The notes below the pieces were generated by a model that did no database searches, was not told the origin of the DNA, and saw nothing but the letters and a program-made list of their open reading frames with translations. A program made the position numbers and the translations under genes. A DNA stretch of 64,000 nt, from the NCBI RefSeq assembly GCF_006345805.1, contig NC_043020.1, positions 5,332,001 through 5,396,000 on the forward strand, given 5' to 3'. Numbering within the stretch: position 1 is the first letter of the stretch; the number at the start of each line of letters is the position of its first letter. The stretch comes from Octopus sinensis (taxonomy: Eukaryota). This document shows, in pieces, positions 60,821-64,000 of this stretch.

Positions 60821-61086
60821 ATATAATAGAAAAAATAAGGTATTCAGAGATCTGGATGGTTGTACATATACAAATATTTATTAACGTGACACATGTTTTT
60901 ACAAATCACGTATCAGCGCTTTCATCTACTCTAATAGATTCTTCAGATTTTCTTCAAAATCTGAAGAATCTATTAGAGTAGATGAAAGCGCTTATACATG
61001 ATTTGTAAAAACATGTGATGTTTATAAATATTTGTATATGTACAACCATCCAGATATCTGAATACCTTATTTTTTTCTAATATATA
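60821..61086. repeat. Fold-back (palindromic) element with hammerhead core in each arm
   Basis: About 130 bp arms, 4-nt loop at 60952-60955; CTGAAGA atcta ttagag tagat GAAAGCGCT. Confidence 0.85.
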
Positions 61087-61127
61087 ATATCTGTACATCA
61101 CTTCCAAACCTTCTAATATATATATAT

Positions 61128-61162
<35 letters not shown>

Positions 61163-61748
61163 GACACAGACTAAATCACAGTATGTTGTATACTATATGT
61201 GCTCCAAATCTCATTGGTGAGTGGTGTGTCTTTTTTCTATCACAATCAGGTATCATATATATATATATATGATGTAAATAATAAACCATTATTGATTAAG
61301 ATTTAAATATTACATTATGCAATAAACATCAGATCTATACATGCATATATATATATATATACACACACACACAAGTCCATTTATAAAACTTTAAATTATG
61401 CTTTTTGTTTCAACATACATTTCTCTTTTCATGCTAGGAATATATATATATATGAGATATTGTGATTCGGGGTCAAGTAGTTTTACAGTTCGAAGTCCCA
61501 GTCCTATGTCATTAATTAAGGGAGCTGAGAGAAGTTGAATGTCTGGTTTGTATCTGAGCAGCATAACAACATTACTGTAATAGAAAGGTCGAACTCCTGA
61601 GCATATTACTGGTATCTCCAAGGTGGTAACTTTACTGTGGCTGGTATTGGTACCTTCTTAAATGATGGTATTTCATGACTATCACATATTCCGAACTCAG
61701 GAGAACAACATGTGTGTTTGAGTATATACACACATATACACACACATT

Positions 61749-61931
61749 TTATAAGCTTAAAGCTTGTAAGCAATCCCCGTGTAATGACTAAAGAAAATAG
61801 CCTAATAATGAAATATATAAACCCTTGATGGCAAAAATACTTTTTCTGTCAAGGGCTTATATGCCCCAATATTAGGGGCTATTTTCTTTAATCCTTACAC
61901 AGTGATTGCTCATAAACTTTAAGCTTATAAA
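61749..61931. repeat. Fold-back element
   Basis: Imperfect ~90 bp arms ttataagcttaaag...ctttaagcttataa. Confidence 0.8.
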
Positions 61932-61995
61932 ATATTATTATTAATTACAGAATTGCAAAAAAATTGACACTGCTTACCAAAAAACCACAGCATAT

Positions 61996-62238
61996 ATATA
62001 TATGAAATACAAAATGGGACAAGAATGCAAAACATCCGGACAACTAGGTGATACAAAAAGGGACAACAAAACATCCAGATAGACGATACAAAGAAAGTAA
62101 GGATGGGTCATTCTGAGTTTTCTACCCGTCCTTGTTTTTTTGTATCATCTATCTGGATGTTTTGTTGTCCCTTTTTTGTTTCACCTAGTTGTCCAGATGT
62201 TTTACGTTCTTGTCCCATTTTGTATTTCATATATATAT
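61996..62238. repeat. Fold-back element in (TA)n
   Basis: About 110 bp arms atgaaatacaaaatgggacaagaa / ttcttgtcccattttgtatttcat. Confidence 0.88.
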
Positions 62239-62329
62239 ATAGCGGCATACGTACACTTTGTTCTCTTTTATATATATATATAGGTTTGTTGGTGCAAACA
62301 GGAAAAATAGAACGCAAAGTATGAGCATA

Positions 62330-62480
62330 TGTATATATTTAATTAATATTTAGCAGAATTAACAGAGTAACTCGTGGGTCGAGAGTTTTGTGAATTGGCA
62401 CTCTGATGAGTGCCAATGCATGAAACCTTCAGACCTTGAGTCACTCTGTTGCATCTGGTAAATATTAACAAACATATATA
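62330..62480. repeat. Fold-back element centred on CTGATGA hammerhead core
   Basis: ttggcactc-tgat-gagtgccaa axis; aacagagt / actctgtt and aatattt / aaatatt outer arms. Confidence 0.75.
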
Positions 62481-62494
62481 TATATATATATATA

Positions 62495-63075
62495 TATGAA
62501 AATTAGAAAAAAAACACCTTTAATCAATTCAAAATGAACAATTAAATTACACCATCTAAAAAATTACATATAATAGAAATATTAAAATTAAAATATTATT
62601 GTTATTTTAATATTTCTATTATACTCTTTACTCTTTTACTCGTTTCAGTCATTTGACTGCGGCCATGCTGGTGCACCGCCTTTAGTCGAGCAAATCGACC
62701 CCGGGACTTATTCTTTTGTAAGCCCAGTACTTATTCTATCAGTCTCTTTTGCCGAACCGCTAAGTGACGGGGACGTAAACACACCAGCATCGGTTGTCAA
62801 GCAATGTTAGGGGGACAAACACAGACACACAAACACACACATACATACATATATATATATACATATATACAACAGGCTTCTTTCAGTTTCCGTCTACCAA
62901 ATCCACTCACAAGGCATTGGTGGGCCCAAGGCTATAGCAGAAGACACTTGACCAAGATGCCACGCAGTGGGACTGAACCCAGAACCATGTGGTTGGTAGG
63001 CAAGCTACTTACCACATGGTTTAATTTAATTGTTCATTTTGAATTGATAAAAGGTGGGTTTTTTTCTAATTTATA
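62495..63075. repeat. AT-rich fold-back element interrupted by a SINE
   Basis: aattagaaaaaaa...atcaattcaaaatgaacaattaaatta is inverted at 63020-63072; inner hairpin 62570-62622. Confidence 0.75.
62622..63016 (-). mobile_element. SINE family A
   Basis: Collinear with other copies. Confidence 0.9.
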
Positions 63076-63291
63076 TGTATATATATTATATTGTGTGAAA
63101 TTTGCTTTAGTATTTCTAAATTGAATTTTTCCCTGTAAGTTAGGATTAATATTCCCTCAAATAATAATTATTATATATATATATATTTATTTATTCATCA
63201 TCATTGTTTAAAGTCCGTCTTCCATGCAGGCATGGGTTGGACGATTCAACAGGAGCAGGCCAGGCAGAAGAATACCCCAGGCTGCTGTGTC

Positions 63292-63333
<42 letters not shown>

Positions 63334-63369
63334 GTTCTTTCCAGCAGCAGTTTTTGAGAGAAGGTGGAA

Positions 63370-63905
63370 GAGCAAGTTGATTACATTGACCCCAGTGCGT
63401 GACTGGTACTTGTTTTATCAAACCCTGAAAGGATGAAGGGCAAAGTCGACCTTGGTGGAAGAAATTTGAACTTAGAGCGTAGTGAGTCGGAAGAAATACT
63501 CATTTCTTTACTACCCACAAGGGGCTAAACACAGAGAGGACAAACAAGGACAGACAAAGGGATTAAGTCGATTACATCGACCCAGTGCGTAACTGGTACT
63601 TAATTTATCGATCCCGAAAGGATGAAAGGCAAAGTCGACCTCAGTGGAATTTGAACTCGGAACGTAACGGCAGATGAAATACCTATTTCTTTACTACCCA
63701 CAAGGGGCTAAACACAGAGGGGACAACGAAGGACAGACAAACGGATTAAGTCGATTACATCGACCCCAGTGCGTAACTGGTACTTAATTTATCGACCCCG
63801 AAAGGATGAAAGGCAAAGTCGACCTCGGCGGAATTTGAACTCAGAACGTAACAGCAGACGAAATGCTGTCGGAAGAAATACTGCCAAGCAATTTTTCCGA
63901 CGCTG
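63370..63905 (-). mobile_element. Tandem multimer of SINE family B
   Basis: About 183 bp units at 63501-63683 and 63684-63865. Confidence 0.85.
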
Positions 63906-64000
63906 TAGCGACTCTGTCAGATGAACGCCTTGGGATACCATGCATACACACAAACACACACATATTTCTATGTGTGTGTGTGTATTTGTATGTGTTAAAG

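Overview
Eukaryotic, AT-rich, repeat-dense genomic DNA. The SINE families and (TA)n load look like an Octopus/cephalopod genome (inference). Nearly all ORFs in the supplied track are microsatellite or SINE noise. Splicing by hand recovers three intron-containing genes. (1) CEP295/KIAA1731-like, minus strand, 5' part only: 9 coding exons from 16302 down to 938, running off the left edge. (2) A complete CEP63/DEUP1-family gene, minus strand: 12 coding exons, 545 aa, 27078-39260. (3) A complete COMMD2, plus strand: 5 exons, 199 aa, 45430-57434, head-to-head with CEP63 across an ETS-motif promoter. Introns and intergenic DNA are filled with at least 4 SINE-like families, RTE/CR1 LINE fragments, piggyBac-, Tc1/mariner- and pogo-type MITEs and a Helitron. 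The most striking unexplained structure is a set of (TA)n-anchored fold-back elements carrying minimal type-I hammerhead ribozyme motifs of the Penelope pseudo-LTR kind. These include an intact-core pair in a ~0.62 kb-arm inverted repeat in COMMD2 intron 1, and palindromes whose symmetry axis sits at the CUGANGA core. Also notable: the CEP63/DEUP1 to CEP295 tandem arrangement mirrors human 11q21, and the CEP295 start codon appears split by an intron. Repeat boundaries are read by eye (about +/-10 nt).
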